From: Macrostomum lignano
Lineage: Eukaryota
Assembly: GCA_002269645.1 (NCBI GenBank)
Contig: NIVC01000010.1
Span: 434,001-498,000, forward strand
Reading direction: 5' to 3'
DNA: 64,000 nucleotides
Position numbers and translations under genes: made by a program. Shown here one piece after another: positions 25,763 through 38,291 of this stretch. Every line of letters begins with the position of its first letter. Position 1 is the first letter of the stretch. Below the pieces are notes generated by a model. That model was given only the letters and a program-made list of their open reading frames with translations, ran no database searches and was not told the DNA's origin.

Positions 25763-27639
25763 ATAGGATGGTTGTGCAAATATTGTTTTTCGGCAGTAAC
25801 TCAAAAACATATTGGGAGGACGAATAGTTTCTTCCAAAGAGAAATTTACTAGACTGTGCAACGCATTCAATATTTATCAACTCATTTTGCAAGACAAGTT
25901 TTACTAATAGATTTGATTGATCGACCACCATCACTGTGGCTAACACATCCCTATGATTCTGGGTCCCATATCATGCAGATTTTCAGCAGAGCATATTGTT
26001 GCTTTTTTATCGCTTATTATCATCTGGCTAGCAAAGTACATACGCTCATTTAGCACTCCCGGGAATTATCTTTTTTTTGAGCAGCACAACCTGTTAATTG
26101 TAAGCCTATTTTTGTGGTTGTTGTCTAACTTACGAGAATTTGCTTTTGCACACATTTCTGGCACATACTTACGCTTCTGCATGGTTGCAGGACTTTTTCG
26201 CATTATGTTTTTAAAAGTTCAAATCAATCCTAACGACCCAAATTTTAATACGCTAAGCCTTTAGACGTGAATTATTTAAAACCCATGAACACACTAGCAA
26301 CAGAGAGGCTTGTTAGTGAAGTTAATTTTGAGAAACTGCAGTTTTAACAAAAATCTATCTAATTTTTTTTCAATTGTTTGTGTAACCTTTGATATACTTT
26401 TGACTAACTCCGTATCATTCAGCAGTATTGGCTCGCTTTTCAGCTTGTGCCTTGCCCTTCGCCCAGCTGCCCCCATATCTCCTGTTGTTAAGTATTTCTT
26501 ATAAACAACATTCTACTATATATAAACATAGAATATTTAGCAGTTCCTCAACACGCACTGTCATAAATCATAAATAGAATTCAGCAAAACGACCTCCAGC
26601 TATCGGAATTCAAGGGTTGTTGCATTCCACAAGATGACCAGCTAATTGAAGACAAAAGTGTTTTAAAAAGTGCGGACTGAGCTCTGAGAAGTGTGAAGTG
26701 CCACTTCCATTTATAAATCATCGAGTCATTAAATTAATGAAGAATACCAATACTACGTCCGTCTAAACAACACGGAGATCCAATACAAAGCGCAGCATTT
26801 CTTTGAGCTCAGTTGCGTACAGTCTTTCGTTAGACCAGTCCCTTCCTCAGGCTTGCAACTTGTGCTGGTGTGTGTGTGTGTGTTTGTTTACATGTTTAAG
26901 CTTGCAATTGTACTGAAGAAGGTACCTGTGTTGATTTTTTAATATCGACTGTTCGCGATAAAGTTGACCAATGTTGCGCCGCTGTTGCACCGCCTTGTCA
27001 CTACTGATTAGTACTACTGTAAGTGAATTAATTCGCGTTCTATTTGAAAAGAAAAGTTCTGCTTTTCGGAATGGTTTAGTTTTTTTTTTAAGTAGGTGGC
27101 GATCGGCTGCAATATTTGCGAGACAGAGGTCGATTTTTTCAACTTTCACTGTTTCTGCTAGACACTACTCCGTTGAGTCCGATACAAGGATGCTATAAAT
27201 GCTCTTCGCGATGCACATTGTTTTTTTTTCTATTCAGAATAGCTTAGTTACCAAACATATCGCTACAAATCCTCGCAACGATAACCTTTGCTTTATGTTC
27301 GCTTTCATTAATTAGACTCTGGCTTTCTGGCTAGCTATAATTACTTAGCTAAAATTTGTTTTGTCGTGTATCCACCCGACACCCGTGCAAGCACTCCGAA
27401 AGTTACAAAAAACACTAATACCGACGTTTCCTGTAGCATGCTTTTAGACATTCAAAATAATATATTATATATTTATATTGAATAAATTGTTTTTCTATAC
27501 GAGAACAATCAATAAACGTGTTTATTAAGTTGGATATCTACTAATCGTTAATACAGCCTTCATTTTACGCAAATAAAAGCTGCCGATTGTGCTCAGTTTA
27601 ATATTGAATATAAGCGATTTCCTGCTTTGTTTCATTTAC

Positions 27640-27875
27640 CGTGGCCGCGACTAACTGGTGAATAAATACGTTTCTGTAGTCTATGGCCGCGACCAGCTGG
27701 GGAATAAATACGTTTCTGTAGTCTATGGCCGCGACCAGCTGGGGAATAAATACGTTTCTCTAGTCTATGGCCGCGACCAACTTGATATAAATACGTTTAT
27801 CTAGTCTATGGCCGCGACCAACTTGATATAAATACGTTTCTGTAGTCTATGGCCGCGACCAACTGGGGAATACGT
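27640..27875. repeat. 41-42-bp minisatellite, about 5 units
   Basis: gtctatggccgcgacc recurs at 27679, 27721, 27763, 27804 and 27845. Confidence 0.9.
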
Positions 27876-29420
27876 ATATGGTATCACCCCCATGGATTCA
27901 TTTATTTGGTCGACAGAGTGGCTGAGGGCTGCATTCATTGGCTTGGCCATGGATGTGATATCCCTTGTTTGACTGACCTAGAGTCAAATTCAGTAGTCTA
28001 TAGCTAGTAGAAAACCAAGAAGAAAAAAAGAAGAGTAGAGGAAAGCGAGGACTAGACGCAAGGAAGGAGACGACAAATTTCTTTCACTGTATAAATACGT
28101 TTCATTTTAAATTTTCACTTTTAATTTTTAATCTGATGCAACTACCGCGTACATAACAGGCAACAGAAAAGAATACCTGTTGCTTAGTTGCTTGAAGTGG
28201 ATTGATTAGGTAAAAATGAGAGCTGTGTAGAAAATATGAGCGTACCATATTAAGATCCTCCAGTTTTTTCAGTGTCACTTTAATACTCATACATACAAAA
28301 CGAGTAATCATTTGTTTGCAGTATCCAAGGGCGCCAGCACCAAGGGGGCAACACCCTGTGTGAGCATGTCTGCGTACAGTATTGACGCGCTTTTATGTTC
28401 TCAGGATCGAGCTTCAGCGGAATGAGTGGCAGAATCGCCTCAGTGCATACTGGTTGTGAGACGATGTCGTCATAAATCATCCCATTTCGATACAAAATCA
28501 TTACAGAGAGGTTTAGCAACGCGAAGTCCAAAATCAACATGCATATACATATTAGATCGGGGATGAAGAAGAGAGCACAGATACTATAACCCTAGATAGT
28601 TCACTCTTGTTTAGATTTTTGCAACTACTCTTTGGTTAGTAGCGTGAACGAACATGGATGTGTCAAACGATCTAAAAATAGGTAGCAAAAGTGATGTATT
28701 GTCATTTTCGTGTCAGCTTAATCACGAAATCACCCTTACATGTAAGCTTTCAAAACATCAAAGTTGAGTGCACTCCCATTATGGTCAAAACGAAGGAACT
28801 TGAGGGCTTAAGAGTTGGAGCTTCAACAACAGGTTGATAACTGTTTCATTTATAAGCAAAACACATGCATGACAACAGCTCCAGCATTCGACTGCTGACA
28901 GCAGTTTCATGTATAAGCAAAATATGACAACAGTTTCAGGTAGAAGGGAAGCATTCTCTGCTATAAGTATGCGCGGTAATAAACAACAATCAACGTGCAC
29001 CCGTAGGCACAGCAGTGCCTTGCGTCAAAATTCATTTTTGGAGCAACTAGCAATTTTTCTTGCCATGCGCACGCCGACGCTCGCCCAAAGAGTAGACACT
29101 TTTTTTGAGCCATAGACTATGACACAAAAAATGGCTTAACTCAGTGCAGAGTAATATCTAGTCTTTTATTATCTGAGGAAGAGAGTGCAAATGGAAAAAC
29201 CCAGAGACTATTAGAAATAAGACGAATACACATCTAGGGGCAACGGTCAAAATATCGTCTCGCTTGGAAAGAAGCCGATCATGCAATCGGTGGCCAGACA
29301 AAAATGAGAAAAAACGCCAGTCACGTGATTCTCCCGGATTCTCTGACGCCGGTAGACCCGCATGACAGGTGGCAACCTGATACCTTGCAGTCGTTAGTAC
29401 CACCAGCTTAATGCTATTTA

Positions 29421-29843
29421 TTACATCCAAACTATAAAGTACAGCAAAAGCCACAACGCATTGCCTGGAACTAAAAGAAACGAGCCATAATAAAAATACT
29501 TCCTTCTGTTTTTATGACGCAAAACAATCATGGCAAGAATCAGGCCGAAAATGCCGCAAAAGAAGGCGCAGATTAATAACGCAGCGTCGGCAATACGCCA
29601 CCCGCCGTTTCTAGCTCGATATTTATCGTAGGCAACCAAACCAAAGGTGAACACATTATTTAGGATTAGGTAGGCAGCCATGAAAATAGCGAGGTCGATG
29701 CGCGATAGATTGGCATATCTTCCATACAGGGCAACTGCAACGTAAACTGCAGCGCATGGCCAGACGGCCTGTTGTGCCTGACGGTAACTGCCGGGACCAA
29801 TCAAGCCTTGGAGTGTGTTGTCTCGTCGTGCAGGTTGCGGCAT
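29421..29843 (-). CDS. DUF1294-family small membrane protein, copy 1
   Basis: YLILNNVFTFGLVAYDKYRARNGGWRIADAALL..GIFGLILAMIVLRHK matches the DUF1294 signature (DK-x-x-A...WRI-x-E...G-x-G..M...RHK). Intronless, 140 aa. Confidence 0.85.
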   Translation of the reverse strand: MPQPARRDNTLQGLIGPGSYRQAQQAVWPCAAVYVAVALYGRYANLSRIDLAIFMAAYLILNNVFTFGLVAYDKYRARNGGWRIADAALLICAFFCGIFGLILAMIVLRHKNRRKYFYYGSFLLVPGNALWLLLYFIVWM

Positions 29844-30179
29844 TATGCTGAAGCATGCGAGTCAGATCAGAAATACTGCATCAATCAACTAATCTAGCCA
29901 AAAAAAACTGGGTAACTAACGACTGGAAAACTGCTACATATTGAGCCACTGTGGAGTCCTTACACCTTTAATATATCAAGCCGACCGCGAGGTTTCTCTC
30001 GAGAGGTGAAGCTAGTAGAAAAGAAACCAAGACGGGGCTAATTTAATGGATAAAAGCAACAGAGCTCGCTGTTTTGGATTTGCAGTCTTAATGAAAAGGT
30101 CCCTTCTGATCGTGGGGCATGTACACACCGGCTAGTCTAATAGTCGGGACTCAAACACTTTATTGATAAGCAATTCAGT

Positions 30180-30800
30180 GCCTAGTAACTGTTGAAGTCT
30201 TTTACTACCCGATGGAAACGGTACCTAGGCCAAGAAGTGTCCCAGAGTCGCTGCAGGTAACACAGGTTAAATTGGAAAAGAAGTGACTCTAGACTACTCT
30301 AGGACGTGATGTCACTGTAAAAGTCGTCAGAGTGGCCTGTTAATCAATTTGAGATGTTTATTGTTTGCGACTTATTGAAACGACGCTGGGAGCTTTTATA
30401 ATGACTCTGGGACCGTAGAGTCGTATCTGAGGCGTGGTAGAGTCGCTGCAGAATCACTGCATATTCACTTAATGAATCAGAATCTCATTTTGCACTTATA
30501 ACAACTCTATTTAGTCTACTTGAGGCAGTAAAACTTCAAGCGCTAACACGACTATTGGGCGACTTTTTCCGCGACTTTTACAATTCTACAACTCACGCGT
30601 GATGCGCTCGTGACTGAACAGTCGCCTCTCCGTCGCACTACAGTCGTTTGAGACGTTAAAAGGTCACAAGAGTCAATGCAATGAATGCAATTTTTGCAAA
30701 TAACTCTAGCGATTTTTGTCACGGTAACGTTCAACGTGTCAACGGACTTGTTACTAGAAGTCCTAGAGCTACTCTTAATTAGCAATAAGATAAGCTATCA
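30180..30800. repeat. Dispersed GACTC/GAGTC-rich repeat within the DUF1294 tandem unit
   Basis: taggccaagaagtgtcccagagtcg.. is shared with 32040-32560 and 34685-35240; an inverted, internally deleted copy lies at 53340-53605. Confidence 0.75.
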
Positions 30801-31162
30801 ATTTTATTAAACCAAAACAAAGTCAGAATCAAAACATTTTTGACTATTCAAGGATTAACAGATTACCGGTAATTGTTTTAATACTATATATATTTTCTTA
30901 AAGATAAAAAGCTCAAGTAAAGCATTATCCTTGCACCATACACCATACGCTTAAAATGAGCCAAAATCAATTCAACTTTACCAAAAAACGACATAAGAAT
31001 AAATACTTGAAGATTTAAAATTTATTCCTTTCAAATCGATTAGAATAGTGAAAAATCGAAATGGTAAACAGTATATTCCGCTTAAATAGGTAAATTTGCT
31101 CGAATGATTCCACCGTAAAATTGTCTCAAAAACTTTCTAACCCAAGTTACCTACTGACATCA

Positions 31163-31675
31163 TCAATTCAAGGTTGTCTCATTCCATCCGGCCGGACGGA
31201 GAATGTGAACGAATAGGCTATCAATGAGAGCAGTAGCATTGGTAGCATTTGTAGCATTCGTCATGACCAGCGAGCCGGGAAGACCGATTGGAACTACTAA
31301 GAAAGCAATCAGTAGCCAAGCAGCATTGATCGGCACAAAAATTAGCAAGCAGAGGATAAACTCGCCCTTTCTAACCTTGTGACAGCAAATTATCATAGCT
31401 AAGATGATGCCGAGGAAGCCGCAGTAAAAGGCGCACAGATACAGGGCCGCTTCTGCAACGCGCCAACCTCCCGATTCCGACTGAGATTTATCAATGAAAG
31501 TGAGGATAAATGTGAAAAGTGTCTGAAAGCCAAAGTAGACACCAAGTAGAATGGCCAGCTCATTGTGTGACAAACCAGCAAACTTGCCAACAACAGCAAC
31601 TGTGACGAAAATTCCGGTGAACAGGGCCACGAGTATGGAGCACTGGCAGCAGGTTCCGGGTTTGCAGCAGGCCAT
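31163..31675 (-). CDS. DUF1294-family membrane protein, copy 2
   Basis: Likely start MACCKPGTCCQC at 31675; IDKSQSESGGWRVAEAAL..MIICCHK; tail NATNATNAT. 170 aa. Confidence 0.82.
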   Translation of the reverse strand: MACCKPGTCCQCSILVALFTGIFVTVAVVGKFAGLSHNELAILLGVYFGFQTLFTFILTFIDKSQSESGGWRVAEAALYLCAFYCGFLGIILAMIICCHKVRKGEFILCLLIFVPINAAWLLIAFLVVPIGLPGSLVMTNATNATNATALIDSLFVHILRPAGWNETTLN

Positions 31676-32880
31676 GCTTAGTAGACTGACTGGAGCTGGA
31701 ATTTCAGTAGGGCCGTACATTATTAGTAAAGAAATTATATAGTAGCAAATGATACTAAATGAAGCAAGCATTGGTTTTGTTTGAGGTGGACTCGAATTTG
31801 TGCTTATAGTTGTATTTTCTGCATGTATTTATAGCCAAAATCGACCATTTTGTATAAAGCACTAAATTGAGTTTGCCATAACCAAATTACGAAAGATACA
31901 TTTATGGGTGCTACCTCAAACGGAACACACACCTTTGCTTCATTTGGAACTACGAAGTCTGGAAAATGAGATACGCTCGTATTGGGAATTTAGTGCTAAA
32001 AGCAGAGAAATTCCCATCTTACTACGGCATTTTAATAGGGAACCAAAGAACTTAGCGTCTTGTTTAAACTAGCTACACTGGAAATTAAAAGTAGACCAAA
32101 AGTGGCCGGTTGTGAGTTGATAGTGAGTGGCCTAGAATGTCCGAATAGCGCGTACGTCTGCATACTTAGGCCAAGAAGTGTCCCAGACTCGTTGCAGATA
32201 ACACAGCTGAAATTGGAAGGAAGTGACTCTAGACGACTCCAAAAGGACACGATGTCACAGTAAAAGTCGAGAGTCAACTTGAGGCGTTTTATTGTCTGCG
32301 ACTCTGGCGCGCTTCTGCATCTATAACGACTCCGGAGACGTCAGGGTCTTATTTGAGGCGTGCGGTTAGGCGCTTACGACTCTTGGATAACTTTTTCGCG
32401 TTTTTGCCTCAACAGTCGCCTCTCCATCGCATTGCAGTCGTCTGAGACGTTACCAAGTGACAAGAGTTGCCCCACCCAGAGTCGCTAGTCACTAGTGAAT
32501 TGTAATTTTTGTATTCCAAGTCCAGAGCTACTCTTATTACCAATAGGCTATCAATATTGAATCAAAATAATCAGAGTCAAAACATTTTTGTGTATTCAAA
32601 GATTAGAGTACAGAAGATCCGAGCCAAGCGTATATTAATTAGGGTTTGCGTAAAGCTTCAGAAAAAGACATTTAAGTTCAAACGTAGCTGTTTTGAGAAC
32701 ACAAAATCCGTATGCTTAAAATAGGATCCAAATTTTAAAAAGAATTAAACTATTTTATAACAAAGACTTGGTATGTAAAGATTCTAAAATCGTCCAAAAC
32801 ATTAAAAATTATTAGATTTATTCGGATCAGTCGATGTTGAAGTAGCATACAGTAAATTATGTAAATAGGTTAAACTAAAT

Positions 32881-33054
32881 CATACGTGCGCAACCTTGGG
32901 AATCACTCGGCCGTTTCTATTGGCAACACACACACATGTAAGTCGCTATTGGCTGAGAGCAGTCACGTGACTACTATTCTGTCCAATAGCGACATACATG
33001 TGTGTGTTGCCAATAGAAACGGCCGAGTGAATCCCAAGGTTGCGCCCAAGCATG
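32881..33054. mobile_element. Palindromic hAT-type MITE
   Basis: Arms gcgcaaccttggga..ctattgg / ccaatag..cccaaggttgcgc. Absent from the equivalent sites in neighbouring units (31090, 36305); imperfect ttaaact duplication; sister copy at 51075. Confidence 0.85.
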
Positions 33055-33164
33055 TTAAACTTGCTCGAATAATATGACACTAAATAGTAAAATTCAGCTG
33101 TAAAGCTGTCTCAAAATTTTTTACACTCGAGTTGAAACTATCAATACAAAGTTAATGTCTCTTT

Positions 33165-33695
33165 CTATCCGGCGGAGGGGAAAATGTGAGCAAATAGGAC
33201 ACTAGAAGCATTGATATGATGAATAGCATTTTCAGCATTGTCAATGAGAGCAGTAGTATTGGTAGCATTTGTAGCATTCGTCATGACCAGTGAGCCGGGA
33301 AGACCGATTGGAACTACTAAGAAAGCAATCAGTAGCCAAGCAGCATTGATCGGCACAAAAATTAGCGAGCAGGTGACGAATTCGCACTTTTTAACCTTGT
33401 GCCAGCAAATTAGCATAGCTAAGATGATGCCAATGAAGCCGCAGTAAAATGCGCACAGATACAGGGCCGCTTGTGCAACACGCCACCCTCGCGACTGTGC
33501 CTGACATTTATCAATGGAAGTGAGGATAAATGCGAGAAGTGTCTGAAAGCCAAAGTAGACACCAAGTAGAATAGCCAGCTCGTTGTGTGACAAACCAGCG
33601 AACTTGGCAAAAACAGCAACTGTGACGAAAATTCCGGTGAACAGGGCCACGAGTATGGAGCACTGGCAGCAGGTTCCGGGTTTGCAGCAGGCCAT
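33165..33695 (-). CDS. DUF1294-family membrane protein, copy 3
   Basis: MACCKPGTCCQC start; IDKCQAQSRGWRVAQAAL..CWHK. 176 aa. Confidence 0.82.
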   Translation of the reverse strand: MACCKPGTCCQCSILVALFTGIFVTVAVFAKFAGLSHNELAILLGVYFGFQTLLAFILTSIDKCQAQSRGWRVAQAALYLCAFYCGFIGIILAMLICWHKVKKCEFVTCSLIFVPINAAWLLIAFLVVPIGLPGSLVMTNATNATNTTALIDNAENAIHHINASSVLFAHIFPSAG

Positions 33696-34041
33696 GCTTA
33701 GCAGACTGACTGGAGCTGGAATTTCAGTAGGGCGTACACTATTAGTAAAGCAAGTACTCGTATGAAACAAATGATACAAAATAAAGTAAGTATCTGTTTT
33801 GTTTCAGTTGCACTCAAAATTGGTGGCTATAGTTTTATTTTCTGCACAAATTTAGCCAAAATTGACCATTTTGTATAGAACTAACTAAATGGAACTTCTG
33901 CTATAAACAAATTTGGTTAAGAAAACTGACACTTATGGGTGCTACCTTGAACGAAACACACACTTGCTTCATTTGGAATTTTGAAGTCTAAAACTTGAGC
34001 TACACTTGCATTGGGAATTTAGTGCTCAAGGCAGAGAACTT

Positions 34042-34672
34042 CAGGTTCAGATGCTCCTCACAGTTTTGTTTTATTTATAGCTTTGTGTTTTATCCCGGCC
34101 TTGTAGCCATTCAATCTTTGAATTTATGCTTATTGTGTCTCGGCTCTCATCACTCTCAGTGGATCGGTGTCCTCGGGAATGAGTTCGTCCCGAATCGGGG
34201 AAAACCGGCTGAGTCCGGTGGTCCCTTTGCTCCTTGTGCTCCTCACCAACCCCTTGGCCTGGGCTTATTAGAGCTGGATAGTGAAAAAGCTTTGAGGATC
34301 GCAGCCCTATAGGAGAGGTTCTTGGCCACCTGATGGGAGACTCGCCCATCGCAATAAGCTGTCCAGACTCGCTCCAATAACTTAGCCTTTTCCGTAGACT
34401 CGGGTCTTTCCGCTCTCGGACCGCTACTCAGATATTCCAAGCTTATTAGAGCTGGGTAGTGAAATGCCCTTGTGGCACTGTGGGTTGGCGGTGTCTTAGT
34501 CCATAGGCTTGGGTTAGTAGCATCCAATAAGGCTTCAGCAGGCCTTGAGTCCTGGTCCTAATCTGGGCCTCTCGGGCTTCGGCCCTATGGCCCTCTACAA
34601 AATGCAGCGGCAGAGGCCTTCTCTGGGCTGATCCGTGGGTTGCCCCGACTTCCAATCCCGTTTAACAACAAA
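34042..34672. mobile_element. 631-bp non-coding insertion with an 11-bp target-site duplication
   Basis: gcagagaactt at 34031-34041 and 34673-34683; the site is empty in the homologous unit near 32003; ends in aacaacaaa. Confidence 0.7.
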
Positions 34673-35369
34673 GCAGAGAACTTGCCGTCTCATTAAGACA
34701 TTTTTATAGAGAATCAAAAGCACTTGGCGTCTAGTCTGAACTACCTACACTGTAAACTGAAAGTAGACGAAAAAGTGGCCGGTTGTAAGATGACAGTGAG
34801 TGGCCAAGAATGTCCGAATAGCTCGTACATCTGCGTATACTTAGGCCAAGAAGTGTCCCAGAGTCGTTGCAGGTAAAACAGTTAGAATAGGAAATAAGTG
34901 AACCTAGGCGACTCTAAGAGGACAAGATGTCAGGGTAAAATTCAAGAGTAAACTTAAGCGGTTTTTAATTGTCTGCGACTCTGGGGCGCTTCTGCGGGTA
35001 TAATGACTCTGGGGCCGTTGAGTCTCATCTGAGGTGTGCCACAGTCGCTGTAGAATCACTGAGTTGCGTCAAAAGCGCATCAGCGTCACTTTATGAAAAA
35101 TAATCGCACACATTTCACATTTATAACAGCACTATTTAACTGTTATAAATAGAGCTAGTTAGTCTCTGTCGCATTGCAGTAGTTTTAAGACGCTAACAAG
35201 TGAGAAGAGTTATCCCAGAGTCGCTAGAGTCACTAGTGTCGTGAGTTTTTTTGCGATTCTTGTCCCAGTTACGGCTTGTTACAAACATGGGCGGGATATT
35301 ATGAGTATTTTGGTATTTTGTATTCAGTACAGACCTACTATCGCTTCCTATCTGGGGCGATGCTTGCAA

Positions 35370-35800
35370 GCTACTGTATTTGGGGGATGCTTGCTATCGG
35401 GGGATGCTTGCTATCGGGGGATGCTTGCTATCTGGGGGATGCTTGCTATCTGGGGGATGCTTGCTATCTGGGGGATGCTTGCTATTGTATTTCGGGGGAT
35501 GCTTGCTATCTGGGGATGCTTGCTATCGGGGGATGCTTGCTATCGGGGGATGCTTGCTATCTGGGGGATGCTTGCTATCTGGGGGATGCTTGCTATCTGG
35601 GGGATGCTTGCTATCTGGGTGATGCTTGCTATCTGGGTGATGCTTGCTATCTGGGTGATGCTTGCTATCTGGGGGATGCTTGCTATCTGGGGGGGGGGGA
35701 TGCTTTCTGTCTTGGGGATGCTTGGTATCTAGGGAATAATTGCTATCTGCGGGATGCTCACTATCAGGGGGACGCTTGCTGTCTTGGGGATGCCTTCTAT
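35370..35800. repeat. 17-18-bp G-rich minisatellite GGGGGATGCTTGCTATCT, copy 2
   Basis: Same unit and strand as 11668-12090. Confidence 0.93.
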
Positions 35801-36434
35801 TTAGGAGAATGCTTGTTATCTTTGTTGTATTCTTTGTTACTCTACGAAAAAAGATATTCATAGCAAATATCATTCTCCGTGACAATCTTACTCGAATAAA
35901 GTGATTTATAAAACTGAAGAAGGAATTGATTCATAAAAAATGTGCTTCTTAATGGATTTGCATGAATAATTTTTGTTCCTTGCTTATTGGGCGCCCAGAA
36001 GGGGGCACTAGATTGCTAGCTTTTACTAATAGGCTATTAATGTGAAATAAAAGAAATCAGACTCAAAACAGTTTGTGAATTTAAAGATTAGAGTAAGAAG
36101 ATATGAGCCAAGCGTATTAAATTGTTAGGGCAAAACATAAGAAAAAGACATTAAAGTTAAACCTAAATAAAAAAAATAAATAAAACATTTTTATAACAGA
36201 TTTGTTATGTAATAAAGATTCTAAAAGTGTCCAAAACATTAAACATTATTGGATTTATTCGGATCAGTCGATGTTGAAGTAGCATACAGTAAATTGTGTA
36301 AACAGGTAAGCTTGATCGAATAATTTGACATCAAATAGTAAAATTCAGCTGTAAAGTTGCTGCAAAAAAACTTTCCAACTCGAGTTGAAAACACATGAAA
36401 TTTGGCACTATCAATTCAAGGTTAATGTCTCTTT

Positions 36435-37022
36435 CTATCCGGCGGTGGGGAAAATGTGAGCAAATAGGCTGCCAAGGACACCAGTAGCATTGATATGATG
36501 AATAGCATTTTTAGCATTGTCAAAGAGAGCAGTAGCATTGATATGATGAATAGCATTTTCAGCATTGTCAATGAGAGCTGTAGCATTGATAGCATTGGTA
36601 GCATTGGTCACGAACAGAGAGCTGGGAAGACTGATTGGAACTACTAAGAAGGCAATCAGTAGCCAAGCAGCATTGATCGGCACAAAAATTAACAAGGGCA
36701 AGACGAATTCGCGCTTGCAAACCTTGTGCCAGCAGATTATCATAGCTAAGATGACGCCAATGAAGCTGCAGTAAAAGGCGCACAGATACAAGAGCAGTTC
36801 AGTGACACGCCAACCATCCGATTCTGCCTGGCATTTATCAAACATGGTCAGAATAAATGCGACAAGTGTCTGAAAGCCAAAGTAGACGCCAAGTAGAACA
36901 GCCAGGCCAACGTGGGACAAACCAGCGAACTTGGCAACAATAGCGACTGTGACGAAAATTCCAGTGAACAGGGTCACGAGTATGGAGCACTGGCAGCAGG
37001 TTCCGGGTTTGCAGCAGGCCAT
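36435..37022 (-). CDS. DUF1294-family membrane protein, copy 4
   Basis: MACCKPGTCCQC start at 37022; FDKCQAESDGWRVTELLL..CWHK; tail contains a duplicated 15-aa unit. 195 aa. Confidence 0.82.
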   Translation of the reverse strand: MACCKPGTCCQCSILVTLFTGIFVTVAIVAKFAGLSHVGLAVLLGVYFGFQTLVAFILTMFDKCQAESDGWRVTELLLYLCAFYCSFIGVILAMIICWHKVCKREFVLPLLIFVPINAAWLLIAFLVVPISLPSSLFVTNATNAINATALIDNAENAIHHINATALFDNAKNAIHHINATGVLGSLFAHIFPTAG

Positions 37023-37554
37023 CTTTAGTGGACTGACTTGGCATGAATGCAATTTAGGTAGGGTGGTTAGTTTATTAGTAAAGCAAATACTTGTGTGAAA
37101 CAAATGATACAAAATGAAGTAAGTATCTGTTTTGTTTGAGGTGGACTCAAAAATTGGCGGTCAAAGTTTTATTGTCTGCACAAATTTAGCCAAAATTGAA
37201 CATTTTGTATAGCGCTAAATGGGTTTTTGCTAAGGATAAATTCAGTTGACAAACAATTGGTTCATTTGGAATTCTGAAGTCTAGAAGATGGGATAGCTTC
37301 CCGTCCTGCTAAAACATTTTTATAGGAAACCAGTAGTAGTCTAGATGAAAAAATGTAGTTTAGCATTTCGAATTGGAATTTGTAGTTCACTAAATGAAAT
37401 TAGCGTCTAGCCTACAATACACTGTAAATTAAGACGAGTAAACAAAAAAGTTGCTGGTTGCTAGGTAACAGTTAGTGGTAAAAATGTCAGGATTTCGGTT
37501 ACTAATAGAGTTTGTAGCTCGTAGTTATGCCCGAAAACCTGGCCACTTGTCGTC

Positions 37555-38181
37555 GGGGGGGGGGTTTCACAAACTCGAAATTTCACAACGTCGAAAGCAC
37601 CTTCTTTCACAAGGTCGAAATTTCACAAGGTCGAAATTTTATAACATCGAAAACTCAAATAGCAGCCACTTTCACAAGGTCGAAACTTCACAAGGTCGAA
37701 ATTTCACAACATCGAAAGCTTTAGCAAAGGACTTCATAAGGTCGAAATTTCACAAGGTCGAAATTTCACAACGTAGAAAAGTTAAACAGCAGCCACTTTC
37801 ATAAGGTCGAAACTTCACAAGGTCGAAATTTCACAACATCGAAAATTTTAGCAAGAGACTTCATAAGGTCGAAATTTCATAAGGTCGAAATTTCACAACG
37901 TAGAAAACTACTGTATGGTTCTTGATATATAAAATTTTCGACTTTGTGAAATTTCGAGCTTATGAAGTTTCGACCTTGTGAAAGTGGCTGCACTTGAGTT
38001 TTCGATGTTATGAAATTTCGACCTTGTGAAATTTCGACCTTGTGAAGTTTCGACCTTGTGAAAGTGGCTGCTATTTAAGTTTTAGATGTTGTGAAATTTC
38101 GACCTTATGAAATTTCGACCTTATGAAGTCTCTTGCTAAAGTTTTCGATGTTGTGAAATTTCGACCTTGTGAAAGCACCCC
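37555..38181. mobile_element. Mutator-like MITE with arrays of 16-bp subterminal repeats
   Basis: 9-bp TSD cttgtcgtc at 37546-37554 and 38182-38190; GGGG/CCCC ends; tttcacaaggtcgaaa units are forward on the left and inverted on the right. Confidence 0.85.
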
Positions 38182-38291
38182 CTTGTCGTCTACTTTTTTG
38201 TCTACTATTCATTAACAGTGTTGGTTAATTGGACTTTAAATTCTTATGACAAATTGAAATTTTAATAATTAAGGTTGAGATAATTCGTGCA

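Noticed and set aside
34320-34350. ctgatgg hairpin considered as a hammerhead ribozyme core
   Set aside because: Lacks the CUGAUGA/GAAA core arrangement.
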